Origin: Salinispira sp.
GTDB lineage: Bacteria > Spirochaetota > Spirochaetia > DSM-27196 > Salinispiraceae
NCBI GenBank assembly: GCA_965226555.1
Contig: CBDDDG010000010.1
Location: forward strand, 448,001-512,000
Direction: 5' to 3'
DNA: 64,000 bases
In this document: piece by piece, positions 54,489 to 64,000 of the stretch
Position numbering within the stretch: the first letter of the stretch is position 1
How the letters are laid out: every line of letters begins with the position of its first letter
Notes under the pieces: generated by a model
The model's database searches: none
What the model was told of the DNA's origin: nothing
The model's input: the letters and a program-made list of their open reading frames with translations, nothing else
Position numbers and translations under genes: made by a program

Positions 54489-55499
54489 ATGAAAAAATCA
54501 TCCCAGAGCACAGGACAGATCCACGACATAGCTTTCAAGATCGCCTACAAAAACCCCCTGATGATTCTCGACCTGCTGCGGCTGTTTTGTGAGGATACGG
54601 CGCTTGCCAAGCTGGACTTGGACAAAATCCGCATTGAAACCCCCAGCTACATTGCAGGAAAAAAGAACCTTCACTGCGATCTTGTTGTCAGCGCCCCCTT
54701 CCTGTCAGACCCAGATCGGAAGGCTCTGTTTATTATTGAGCACAAAAGCTACCAGCACAAACACGTTCTCACACAGATCGATGACTATCAATATGTCGTC
54801 AGAAACAGCGATGTGTACAATGAAAGGGATGCTATTTATATACTGCTGCTCTACCACGGAAAAAAGGAATGGAACCTCCCACTCACATTTTACAGTTCGC
54901 ATGAAAACCCAGCTTCCGAATCCCTTACCGAAGGCACGGTGGATGTCAAGGTGAAAGTGTCGTACATTGTGCGCGATCTGAGGCGAATGGACAAAAAGCA
55001 GTTGATATGGCGCTCCGATGGAAAACGATATACATCGACTGCGTTGTGGTATATAATGCGAGATAATGAGATGGATGCTGAGGGGCTGAAAGAAATTGCG
55101 CAGCTCCTGAACGGTCTGTCTTCACATGAATTTAATTGCCTAGCAGAGGGTGTGCTAGGGTATATGAAAAATTTAGGACTGTATGAACAGTTTGAGAAAA
55201 TTGACAGGAAACTATATCCTGGAGGAGAAAACAGTATGCGGACATATAATATTACCAACCCCTTTATCAGGGAAGGCATTGCGAAGGGTATGGAGAAAGG
55301 TATTCTGAAAGGCCGTGTTGAAGGTCTTGAGCAGGGCATGGAGAAGGGCATGGAGAAGGGCATTCTGAAAGGTCGGCAGGAAGGCATTCGAGAAACGGCT
55401 CGCAGTATGTTTTTGGAAGGGTTGTCGACAGATGCTGTTCAGAGGATTACCGGGCTGAGCGATGAGGAAATGCGGATAGTGCGGAACGGATCGCATTAA
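54489..55499 (+). CDS. Rpn/YhgA-like nuclease, right array copy 2 (internal ATG at 55236)
   Basis: HDIAFK, CDLVV, IEHKSY. Confidence 0.9.
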   Translation: MKKSSQSTGQIHDIAFKIAYKNPLMILDLLRLFCEDTALAKLDLDKIRIETPSYIAGKKNLHCDLVVSAPFLSDPDRKALFIIEHKSYQHKHVLTQIDDYQYVVRNSDVYNERDAIYILLLYHGKKEWNLPLTFYSSHENPASESLTEGTVDVKVKVSYIVRDLRRMDKKQLIWRSDGKRYTSTALWYIMRDNEMDAEGLKEIAQLLNGLSSHEFNCLAEGVLGYMKNLGLYEQFEKIDRKLYPGGENSMRTYNITNPFIREGIAKGMEKGILKGRVEGLEQGMEKGMEKGILKGRQEGIRETARSMFLEGLSTDAVQRITGLSDEEMRIVRNGSH

Positions 55500-56062
55500 T
55501 TGCAGCGCCGCTCGGCCTGCTCGTTCGAGCACCCGGCTTCCCATGCGACTGTTGCTTGAGGCTGTTGCTGGTCGGAGGCTGCGGCGGGCTGCTCGCCATG
55601 CGACTGTTGCTTGAGACTGCGGGCTCCTGCTCGCCATGCGGCCGGGCTGCTCGCCCATTCCGTTGTTACACGATGGGCGATGGGAGCAGTCGGGAATTTT
55701 TGCTACTGGAAATTGTGCTTGCACAATTTTCCAATGCAAAAATTTCTTTTATGGTGTTTGATGTGAAATCATCTGAAATACGAGACGGCATTCACTGAAA
55801 TTCCACCATCAATAGCGATACTCTTTCGGGCTATCTTACGCAGTCAATCGGATATCGCCATAGCCGAGCTATCCCGAGCTTCCTGAGCGCACCCGCCGCC
55901 GGAAACTGCTGCTCCTGCCTTAATGCCCGAAACACCGAATACTCTCTTATCGGGCAATTCATATCAATCCACCTTTGAAAAACACAACATTCTTTCAAAT
56001 TCTCTCAAAAAACACAGTCAAAAATGACAGTTCTCCCGTTATAGATATAGCAGGAGATATTT

Positions 56063-57061
56063 ATGAAAAAATCATCCCAGAGCACAGGACAGATTCACGA
56101 CATAGCCTTCAAGATCGCCTACAAAAACCCCCTGATGATTCTCGACCTGCTGCGGCTGTTTTGTGAGGATACGGCGCTTGCCAAGCTGGACTTGGACAAA
56201 ATCCGCATTGAAACCCCCAGCTACATTGCAGGAAAAAAGAACCTTCTCTGCGATCTCGTTGTCAGCGCCCCCTTCTTGTCAGACCCCGATCGGAAGGCTC
56301 TATTCATTATTGAGCACAAAAGCTACCAGCACAAACACGTTCTCACACAGATTGATGACTATCAATATGTCGTCAGAAACAGCGATGTGTACAATGAAAG
56401 GGATGCTATTTATATACTGCTGCTCTACCACGGAAAAGGTGAATGGAACCTCCCACTCACATTTTATAGTTCGCATGAAAACCCAGCTTCCGAATCCCTT
56501 ACCGAAGGCACGGTGGATGTCAAGGTGAAAGTGTCGTACATTGTGCGCGATCTGAGGCGAATGGACAAAAAGCAGTTGATATGGCGCTCCGATGGAAAAC
56601 GATATACATCGACTGCGTTGTGGTATATAATGCGAGATAATGAAATGGACACTGAGGGGCTGAAAGAGGTTGCACGGCTCCTGAACGGTCTGTCTTCACA
56701 TGAATTTAATTGCCTAGCAGAGGGTGTGCTGGGGTATATGAAGAATCTGGGACTGTATGAACAGTTTGAGAAAATTGACAGGAAACTATATCCTGGAGGA
56801 GAAAACAGTATGCGGACATATAATATTACCAACCCCTTTATCAGGGAAGGCATTGCGAAGGGTATGGAGAAAGGTATTCTGAAAGGCCGTGTTGAAGGTC
56901 TTGAGCAGGGCATGGAGAAGGGTATTCTGAAAGGTCGGCAGGAAGGCATTCGAGAAACGGCTCGCAGTATGTTTTTGGAAGGGTTGTCGACAGATGCTGT
57001 TCAGAGGATTACCGGGCTGAGCGATGAGGAAATGCGGATAGTGCGGAACGGATCGCATTAA
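56063..57061 (+). CDS. Rpn/YhgA-like nuclease, right array copy 3 (internal ATG at 56810)
   Basis: Near-identical paralog. Confidence 0.9.
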   Translation: MKKSSQSTGQIHDIAFKIAYKNPLMILDLLRLFCEDTALAKLDLDKIRIETPSYIAGKKNLLCDLVVSAPFLSDPDRKALFIIEHKSYQHKHVLTQIDDYQYVVRNSDVYNERDAIYILLLYHGKGEWNLPLTFYSSHENPASESLTEGTVDVKVKVSYIVRDLRRMDKKQLIWRSDGKRYTSTALWYIMRDNEMDTEGLKEVARLLNGLSSHEFNCLAEGVLGYMKNLGLYEQFEKIDRKLYPGGENSMRTYNITNPFIREGIAKGMEKGILKGRVEGLEQGMEKGILKGRQEGIRETARSMFLEGLSTDAVQRITGLSDEEMRIVRNGSH

Positions 57062-57625
57062 TTGCAGCGCCGCTCGGCCTGCTCGTTCGAGCACCCGGCT
57101 TCCCATGCGACTGTTGCTTGAGACTGTTGCTGGTCGGAGGCTGCGGCGGGCTGCTCGGAGACTGCGGGCTCCTGCTCGCCATGCGGCCGGGCTGGTCGCC
57201 CATTCCGTTGTTACACGATGGGCGATGGGAGCAGTCGGGAATTTTTGCTACTGGAAATTGTGCTTGCACAATTTTCCAATGCAAAAATTTCTTTTATGGT
57301 GTTTGATGTGAAATCATCTGAAATACGAGACGGCATTCACTGAAATTCCACCATCAATAGCGATACTTCTTTCGGGCTATCTTACGCAGTCAAATCGGAT
57401 ATCGCCATAGCCGAGCTATCCCGAGCTTCCTGAGCGCACCCGCCGCCGGAAACTGTTGCTCCTGCCTTAATGCCCGAAACACCGAATACTCTCTTATCGG
57501 GCAATTCATATCAATCCACCTTTGAAAAAAAACATAGAAAATTGTGCTCTGCACAATTTCCAGCAGCAAAACTTTCATACAGTCAAAAATGACATTTCTC
57601 CCGTCACAGATATAGGAGGAACAGT

Positions 57626-58648
57626 ATGAAAAAATCATCCCAGAGCACAGGACAGATCCACGACATAGCTTTCAAGATCGCCTACAAAAACCCCCTGATG
57701 ATTCTCGACCTGCTGCGGCTGTTTTGTGAGGATACGGCGCTTGCCAAGCTGGACTTGGACAAAATCCGCATTGAAACCCCCAGCTACATTGCAGGAAAAA
57801 AGAACCTTCTCTGCGATCTCGTTGTCAGCGCCCCCTTCCTGTCAGCCCCAGACCGAAAAGCCCTATTCATTATTGAGCACAAAAGCTACCATCACAAACA
57901 CGTTCTCACACAGATTGATGACTATCAATATGTCGTCAGAAACAGCGATGTGTACAATGAAAGGGATGCTATTTATATACTGCTGCTCTACCACGGAAAA
58001 GGTGAATGGAACCTCCCACTCACATTTTATAGTTCGCATGAAAACCCAGCTTCCGAATCCCTTACCGAAGGCACGGTGGATGTCAAGGTGAAAGTGTCGT
58101 ACATTGTGCGCGATCTGAGGCGAATGGACAAAAAGCAGTTGATATGGCGCTCCGATGGAAAACGATATACATCGACTGCGTTGTGGTATATAATGCGAGA
58201 TAATGAAATGGACACTGAGGGGCTGAAAGAGGTTGCACGGCTCCTGAACGGTCTGTCTTCACATGAATTTAATTGCCTAGCAGAGGGTGTGCTGGGGTAT
58301 ATGAAGAATCTGGGACTGTATGAACAGTTTGAGAAAATTGACAGGAAACTATATCCTGGAGGAGAAAACAGTATGCGGACATATAATATTACCAACCCCT
58401 TTATCAGGGAAGGCATTGCGAAGGGCCGGATTGAGGGTCTTGAGCAGGGAATGGAGAAAGGTATTCTGAAAGGCCGTGTTGAAGGTCTTGAGCAGGGCAT
58501 GGAGAAGGGTATTCTGAAAGGTCGGCAGGAAGGCATTCGAGAAACGGCTCGCAGTATGTTTTTGGAAGGGTTGTCGACAGATGCTGTTCAGAGGATTACC
58601 GGGCTGAGCGATGAGGAAATGCGGACAGTGCGGAACGGATCGCATTAA
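57626..58648 (+). CDS. Rpn/YhgA-like nuclease, right array copy 4 (internal ATG at 58373)
   Basis: Near-identical paralog. Confidence 0.9.
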   Translation: MKKSSQSTGQIHDIAFKIAYKNPLMILDLLRLFCEDTALAKLDLDKIRIETPSYIAGKKNLLCDLVVSAPFLSAPDRKALFIIEHKSYHHKHVLTQIDDYQYVVRNSDVYNERDAIYILLLYHGKGEWNLPLTFYSSHENPASESLTEGTVDVKVKVSYIVRDLRRMDKKQLIWRSDGKRYTSTALWYIMRDNEMDTEGLKEVARLLNGLSSHEFNCLAEGVLGYMKNLGLYEQFEKIDRKLYPGGENSMRTYNITNPFIREGIAKGRIEGLEQGMEKGILKGRVEGLEQGMEKGILKGRQEGIRETARSMFLEGLSTDAVQRITGLSDEEMRTVRNGSH

Positions 58649-59102
58649 TTGCCGCCGCTCGGCCTGCTCGACCGAGCACCCGGCTCGCCCATGCGACTGT
58701 TGCTGAGAGGTCGGAGGCTGCGGCGGGCTGCTCGGAGACTGCGGGCTCCTGCTCGCCCATTCCGTTGTTACACGATGGGCGATGGGAGCAGTCGGGAATT
58801 TTTGCTACTGGAAATTGTGCTTGCACAATTTTCCAATAAGGATTCTCTCATCCATATTCTTGATTCTCTCAAGGTATAGAAAGTTTTGCCACAGGCAAAA
58901 CTTTGTTATATTCGTGATTCTCTCAAGGTATAGAAACTTTCTAAAAATAGGAGAATGCTAAGCACAAAGAAAGCATTCCTGACGGACGCATGGGCAAGCA
59001 GGAGGCGCACGCCTCCGACCAGCCGTCTTATCGAAAAAAGGCAGGCACGGGGGCTGGTCGGCGCCCCAATGCCTGCCTGAGTTGAATTGCCGCTTTTCAT
59101 TA

Positions 59103-59235
59103 GCCGCTGGGATGCGCCTGTGTGTTACTGCGCCGGACGCGCGAAGGTTGCCATGTCGTAGGCATAGATTTTGTAAGTAACATTGTCCCGCTACCCACAT
59201 CATTGTCCCATTCGACCAGATGCCAGCATTCCCAA
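59103..59235 (-). pseudogene. Variant duplicate of the 3' end of the adjacent lipoprotein gene
   Basis: GIWSNGTMMWVA/DNVTYKIYAYDMATFARPAQ* with a 1-bp frameshift, plus a duplicated 3' flank. Confidence 0.8.
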
Positions 59236-59365
59236 GGGAAACGCTGTCTGCCCCATTCCAGCGACAGCGCCGCCCGGAAGCGGAAACCTCCGGCACGCCA
59301 GTGAGCGCAAAACAATTAGAAAACATGGCGCTGCCCGCAACCAGCCGCAGGGATGCGCCTGTGTG

Positions 59366-60813
59366 TTACTGCGCCGGACGAGCGAAGGTTGCCATGTCGT
59401 AGGCATAGATACTTTGAGTAAAGAGATCCACCACCCACATTGTTGTCCCGTTCGACCAGAGACCTAGGGGGCTAGTACTTCCCGTAGCAAGCGTGTTGAA
59501 CTCTTTGTTCTCATTGCGGGTTACTGTGATAGTGCCTGCATTGTTTATCGTGTAATCGTAGGCAAAAATTTTGTCAGCTTCACTATCTGTCACCCACATT
59601 GTTGTTCCATTTGACCAGATGCCGGTAGTGCTCGTATTAGTAGCATCAAGCGTGAAATCTTTTGATGAATCGTATGACATATCACTTGTCTTGTAGGCAA
59701 AGATTTTGTCACTAGAAGAATCCAGCACCCACATTGTTGTCCCATCCGACCAGATGTCGGATGGATCTATATTACCCGTATCAAAAAGTGTCTCAAAATC
59801 CTTGCTCGAATCGGCAGATCCGGTACTCAGGGTGTAGGCAGAGATTTTTTCACTATTTGCGCTTTGGGCATCACCGCCCGTATTGCTTACTACCCACATT
59901 GTTGTTGTTCCATCCGACCAGAGACCGTTATCGTCATCGACATTGGTGATATCTTTGCTCGAATCGCGTGCCTTTGTGCTCAGGTTGTAGGCATTGATGT
60001 TGTTATCAGCGGTTACTACCCATATCGTTGTTCCATCCGACCAGATGTATCTGGGGAAAATATCTACAGAAAGAAATTTAAAATCGTTTCTGTGATCCCC
60101 TGCGGAGTTATAGCCGTTTGCTTTGTAGCCGTTTTCATCGTAGCCGTGTTCATCGTAGCCGTGTTCATCAAAGCCGTGTTCATCGTAGCCGTGTTCATCG
60201 TAGCCGTGTTCATCAAAGCCGTGTTCATCGTAGCCGTGTTCATCGTAGCCGTGTTCATCGTAGCCGTGTTCATCAAAGCCGTTTTCATCGTAGCCGTGTT
60301 CATCGTAGCCGTGTTCATCAAAGCCAGCCTTGTCGTAGCCATTTTCATCAAAGCCATCTTTGTCGTAGCCGGACGGGTCGAATTTCGTGCCAGTGTCGCG
60401 GTGCATACCATTGGCATCAAATCCGTTTTCATCGTAGGTCCCGCCGTCTCTGTGCACGCCATCTTTGTCAAAGCCGGCTCTATCAAAGCCGTCTTTATCA
60501 AAGCCATTTACGTCATAGCCATTGGCATCGTAGCCGTTGACGTCATAGCCGTCATCATCGTAGGGCGTACCGTTTTCGCAATGAATGCCGTCGGCGCCGA
60601 AGCCGGTGCCGTTGATATCGCACTCGGAATTTGGAACAGGATCGGGATCCAGATCGGGTTCCGGCGATGGGCAGGCCGCGATGAGCAATGTCAGGATGAT
60701 GAGAAAGCCGCTTAGGAGATATGCGCCGAAATGGTTTTCTCTTGTTGCACAATCCAGCTTTTCGCTGAATGGTGGAATGGTGGAATGGTGGAATGGTGGA
60801 ATATGTTGTTCAT
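59366..60813 (-). CDS. GYD-repeat / GIWSDGTTMWV-repeat lipoprotein; 5' end out of frame at an 8-bp repeat tract
   Basis: Main ORF 59366-60688 has an LIAAC lipobox and an upstream in-frame hydrophobic core but no ATG; ATG 60813 is in frame only with 0, 3 or 6 repeats. Confidence 0.8.
60125..60325. repeat. About 13 tandem 15-bp repeats encoding G(Y/F)DE(H/N)
   Basis: (tagccgtgttcatcg)n. Confidence 0.92.
60767..60802. repeat. Simple sequence repeat (GAATGGTG)x4 + GAAT
   Basis: Direct reading. Confidence 0.95.
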
Positions 60814-61012
60814 ATTTCGTATCCTTATTTTAAGTGATTATGAGCATAATATATCACAAAAATTGTTATGTGTCCAACACGCACTATCAACAGCACGTAT
60901 TTTTTAAAAGTGTAGCACGCAACATCGGAAATATCAACTATCTGCATGAATTTTAGGTGAAATTTTTCGAAGTGTTTGCATGTTGCAAAGGTTTCGTGTA
61001 GAGTACTATAAC

Positions 61013-61064
61013 AAACTTTTGCTACTGGAAATTGTGCTTGCGCAATTTTCCAATGCAAAAGTTT
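61013..61064. mobile_element. About 52-bp hairpin element with IS5-like ends just upstream of adk (one of at least 16 copies)
   Basis: AAACTTTTGC..AATTGTGCTTGCGCAATT..GCAAAAGTTTC. Confidence 0.8.
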
Positions 61065-61071
61065 CTATACC

Positions 61072-61716
61072 ATGGAGGAAAAAGTGAAACTACTATTTCT
61101 TGGTCCGCCGGGAGCAGGCAAAGGTACTATGGCAAGCAGACTTTCGGAGCGCATCGGCATTCCGCATATCTCCACTGGCGACATTATGCGGGCAGCAATT
61201 AGAAATGAGACTGCCCTCGGCAAAGATGTAAAGACAATTGTGGAGAGCGGAGGCCTTGTTCCCGATAATTTGACCAGTGAACTGGTAAAAGAACGTCTTG
61301 CTGAAAAAGATGCCCGCAATGGGTTTATTCTGGACGGCTTCCCCCGTACCATTGGCCAGGCAGACACCTTAAAAACAATTTCAGAAATTGACCGTGCTGT
61401 ACATTTCATTCTTGCTAATGAAGAAATTATTACGCGGCTTTCAGGAAGACGTATACACAAGGCCTCGGGGAGAACCTACCATGTTCTCTTTAATCCTCCC
61501 AAAGTCGAAAACAGAGATGACATAAGCGGTGAAGAGCTCATAACCCGCCCCGACGACAGCGAAGAAGCCATAAGCCGGCGCCTTGAACTTTACCGTGAGC
61601 AAACAGCTCCCCTCATTGAATATTATGAACAACTCGGTCTTGTATTATCAGTTGATAGCCGCCCGAAACCCGACATTGTATTCGGTAATCTCGTCAAGGC
61701 TCTTCAAAGCCCGTAA
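61072..61716 (+). CDS. adk: Adenylate kinase
   Basis: GPPGAGKGT, HISTGD, FILDGFPRT, LID domain. Confidence 0.97.
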   Translation: MEEKVKLLFLGPPGAGKGTMASRLSERIGIPHISTGDIMRAAIRNETALGKDVKTIVESGGLVPDNLTSELVKERLAEKDARNGFILDGFPRTIGQADTLKTISEIDRAVHFILANEEIITRLSGRRIHKASGRTYHVLFNPPKVENRDDISGEELITRPDDSEEAISRRLELYREQTAPLIEYYEQLGLVLSVDSRPKPDIVFGNLVKALQSP

Positions 61717-61788
61717 GGCATACGGGCTTTGCATTGGAAAATTGTGCGCACAATTTCCAGCAGCAAAAATTTCCTGAATATTTACGGT

Positions 61789-62769
61789 TTACGGTATCTG
61801 ATTACGTATAAATTTCTCTGCTCTTTCCGCCTCCAATGCTAATGCTTCTGCATCGTATTGCTCTGCAATAAATTCTATTGTCATGTCTAATCCCTTTATA
61901 TCTTCAAGAGCGCTATACACATTGTCCCATTCATTGGCAGAAAGAAAATTCATTTCACCCACTATCATAAAATATTGCAAACTACGCTCGTCATCAATGG
62001 CAATTTCAGCAAGCCCCCGCGCAGCATTGAGGAAAAGCTCCCGATACCGGGGAAGGAAATTGTCAGACAGATCCGCGCCATTCTCATATGCCTCATGAAG
62101 GTTCTCAACGAGAGTAAACAATTCAGCATAATTCTCGGTTTCAATTAGGCTGTCTCCCAGCATTAGGGCCGCCGAAAGGAACTCCGCAATGCTGTCAATG
62201 TAGGGGGAAAGCCGGACAACAACATCCGGATAGTTCATTTCCTGAAAAGCGCTATAGGCAATTTGTTCATGCGCCTGAATAAAATCGGGACGCGCTTCCA
62301 GCGCCCTGTTAAACATTTCCGTTGCCTCAGTTTCCCGTTCGGTTTTCCGATAGAGCAGGCCAAGATTATAATAGGTATCGTACCCGGCATCGTCCTCTGT
62401 AATGTGTTGGAGATATATCTCCTCTGCCCCTTCATAGTCGGATTGAGCAAGCGCCAAATAGGCCTGAAGGCTTTCCAGACGATTATCAAAAGCGATGAAA
62501 TTTCCAAGCAGCCCATCCAACACTTCCTGAGCGAGTTGAAACTCGTTATTTTCAACGTAGAGAATTGCAAGCGAGAAGGCAGCTTCTTCAAAAACAGGAT
62601 AAAACTCAAGAGCGGTTTTGTACTGGGAAATAGCCTTATCCTGTTGTTCATCCAGAAGTTCATACTGTTGCCCTAAGTCATAATATTCCAGAGCAAGCTC
62701 AACGTACGCATTGGAAACAGTGGAACATGATACTACGGCAAGAAGAGCAAGCATGCAGGCTTTCAGCAT
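61789..62769 (-). CDS. TPR-repeat lipoprotein
   Basis: VVSC lipobox, YYNLGLLY-type TPR motifs. Confidence 0.75.
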   Translation of the reverse strand: MLKACMLALLAVVSCSTVSNAYVELALEYYDLGQQYELLDEQQDKAISQYKTALEFYPVFEEAAFSLAILYVENNEFQLAQEVLDGLLGNFIAFDNRLESLQAYLALAQSDYEGAEEIYLQHITEDDAGYDTYYNLGLLYRKTERETEATEMFNRALEARPDFIQAHEQIAYSAFQEMNYPDVVVRLSPYIDSIAEFLSAALMLGDSLIETENYAELFTLVENLHEAYENGADLSDNFLPRYRELFLNAARGLAEIAIDDERSLQYFMIVGEMNFLSANEWDNVYSALEDIKGLDMTIEFIAEQYDAEALALEAERAEKFIRNQIP

Positions 62770-62771
62770 TT

Positions 62772-63854
62772 TTACCCCTCCCTGAAAACTGTTCGTTCAA
62801 TTTCCCTCACCTGTGAACGGTATAGATCCAGAATGTTGGAACCGTAATCTGCGATTAATTGAATAATGTTTCGGAAGTAGCCCTGATGATCCTGTCCATT
62901 CAGGCGATCACCAGCATCGCCAAGGCCCGGGAGAATATAGGCATCGGTATTGATGAAGGGATCCATCCAGAGAGTATAGATTTTTACATTTTCAACAGCT
63001 CGAATAATGCGCAAACTTCCCTTGACGGCTGAAATAACATTAAAAAATTGTACCGAACGCGGAACAATTCCTCTTTTATTCAGATATTGAATAATGGTAA
63101 CAAGCGATCCGCCGGTGGCGTTCATCGGATCCGCAAATATTAGGTCCTTCCCATGTAATTGCTCAAGATCGAAAAATGAGGAGTGCAGATCGAGGAGATA
63201 GCGCATGCTGGTCTCCTGCCTGCTTTCATCGCGCCGAATGCGAAAGAGCGCGAAGGGGGTAACATAGGCCTTTGATGAATATTCCTGTATTTCCTTGGAC
63301 ATGATCATAGATGGAAGAAGCGCTCCTCTGAGCATGACGCACATGAGTGAATTTTCAATGTGCTTATCCACATTTGGTATTTTATGCACGGCAAAATTTT
63401 GAACAGGATCAGTTACCGGAGTTTTGACAATGAGATGATTCTTTTCCTGACGGTCAACATTGTGAAAAGCAAAGTTAAAAAGTAGTTCATATGCCCGCTG
63501 AATGTAGTATACAAATTCATGGTGCTCAGTCCGCACATCGCGCAACTTTGCAATGAGGCGGGAAACCTCTCCTTGGCTTGAATAGGGCAATTGAAAGGAA
63601 TAGATGTTGATTGCCGGATGATCGGCAGAGAATTCCTGAATGCGATTTCCAATGTGGTTGTAGTTGGTAATAAGATCCTTGCGAAGCGCATCATCCTGAT
63701 CCTGCTTCGATATTCGAGCCATTACTTTACATACTTCCAAAGCCGCTTTGTACAGCTCGTCAAGATCATATATATGATCCCAATCTGCTGTGGTGAGATA
63801 ATCATCAAGATCGGAAGCTGTCAATACGAATTGATCGTTTTTGTGTGAACTCAT
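62772..63854 (-). CDS. upp: Uracil phosphoribosyltransferase with N-terminal extension
   Basis: MLRGAL, ADPMNATGGS, YILPGLGDAGDRL. Confidence 0.88.
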   Translation of the reverse strand: MSSHKNDQFVLTASDLDDYLTTADWDHIYDLDELYKAALEVCKVMARISKQDQDDALRKDLITNYNHIGNRIQEFSADHPAINIYSFQLPYSSQGEVSRLIAKLRDVRTEHHEFVYYIQRAYELLFNFAFHNVDRQEKNHLIVKTPVTDPVQNFAVHKIPNVDKHIENSLMCVMLRGALLPSMIMSKEIQEYSSKAYVTPFALFRIRRDESRQETSMRYLLDLHSSFFDLEQLHGKDLIFADPMNATGGSLVTIIQYLNKRGIVPRSVQFFNVISAVKGSLRIIRAVENVKIYTLWMDPFINTDAYILPGLGDAGDRLNGQDHQGYFRNIIQLIADYGSNILDLYRSQVREIERTVFREG

Positions 63855-63908
63855 TATTTTTTCCGCAAAAATGAGGATTGCTCGTATATGAACAATCCTT
63901 AGATCTGC

Positions 63909-63980
<72 letters not shown>

Positions 63981-64000
63981 ATAATCGGGCAATGTGACCG

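Noticed and set aside
33300..58645. Recurrent antisense and alternative-frame ORFs over rpn genes (MRSVPH.., MRIRRL..)
   Set aside because: They recur only because the DNA is duplicated; no independent coding evidence
49092..58800. Integron cassette array
   Set aside because: No canonical RYYYAAC/GTTRRRY attC pairs recognised and no tyrosine integrase in the window
59103..59470. Diversity-generating retroelement TR/VR pair
   Set aside because: Many differences are at non-adenine positions (ggt/ggc, aac/aat, gtg/gcg, gct/gcg), there is an indel, and no reverse transcriptase is in the window
59864..60715. Repetitive ORFs (VAVFI, MNTAT, HRSRV repeats)
   Set aside because: Alternative frames of the 15-bp repeat tract

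Overview
Window from a spirochaete (Spirochaetaceae-like 16S; flgN-flgK-flgL-fliW-csrA, fliD, rpmA-obgE-nadD-yqeK-LCP-rsfS). The host is unknown; the FN3-rich lipoproteins and heavy IS load suggest a host-associated lineage (inference). 1-32 kb and 61-64 kb are mostly housekeeping genes, with a type III R-M locus, an EcoRI-like methylase beside a deleted nuclease, a lone rpn gene and a 16S rRNA with no linked 23S. 32-61 kb is an accessory island: two inverted tandem arrays of four Rpn (YhgA-like PD-(D/E)XK) genes each surround three FN3 lipoprotein genes and IS5, IS481 and IS4-like transposases; a GYD-repeat lipoprotein follows the right array. Main signals: (1) all nine rpn genes carry an internal Shine-Dalgarno+ATG for a small C-terminal protein (gene-in-gene toxin/antitoxin layout); (2) several rpn genes sit next to copies of the resident IS481 termini, suggesting rpn cargo elements; (3) at least 16 small hairpin elements share the termini of the resident IS5 and have inserted into genes; (4) an 8-bp repeat switch in a lipoprotein signal peptide is currently out of frame; (5) a GNA-loop GC-rich repeat family and a 36-39 bp box give the right-hand array a cassette-like layout. 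All calls are by eye; no searches were run.
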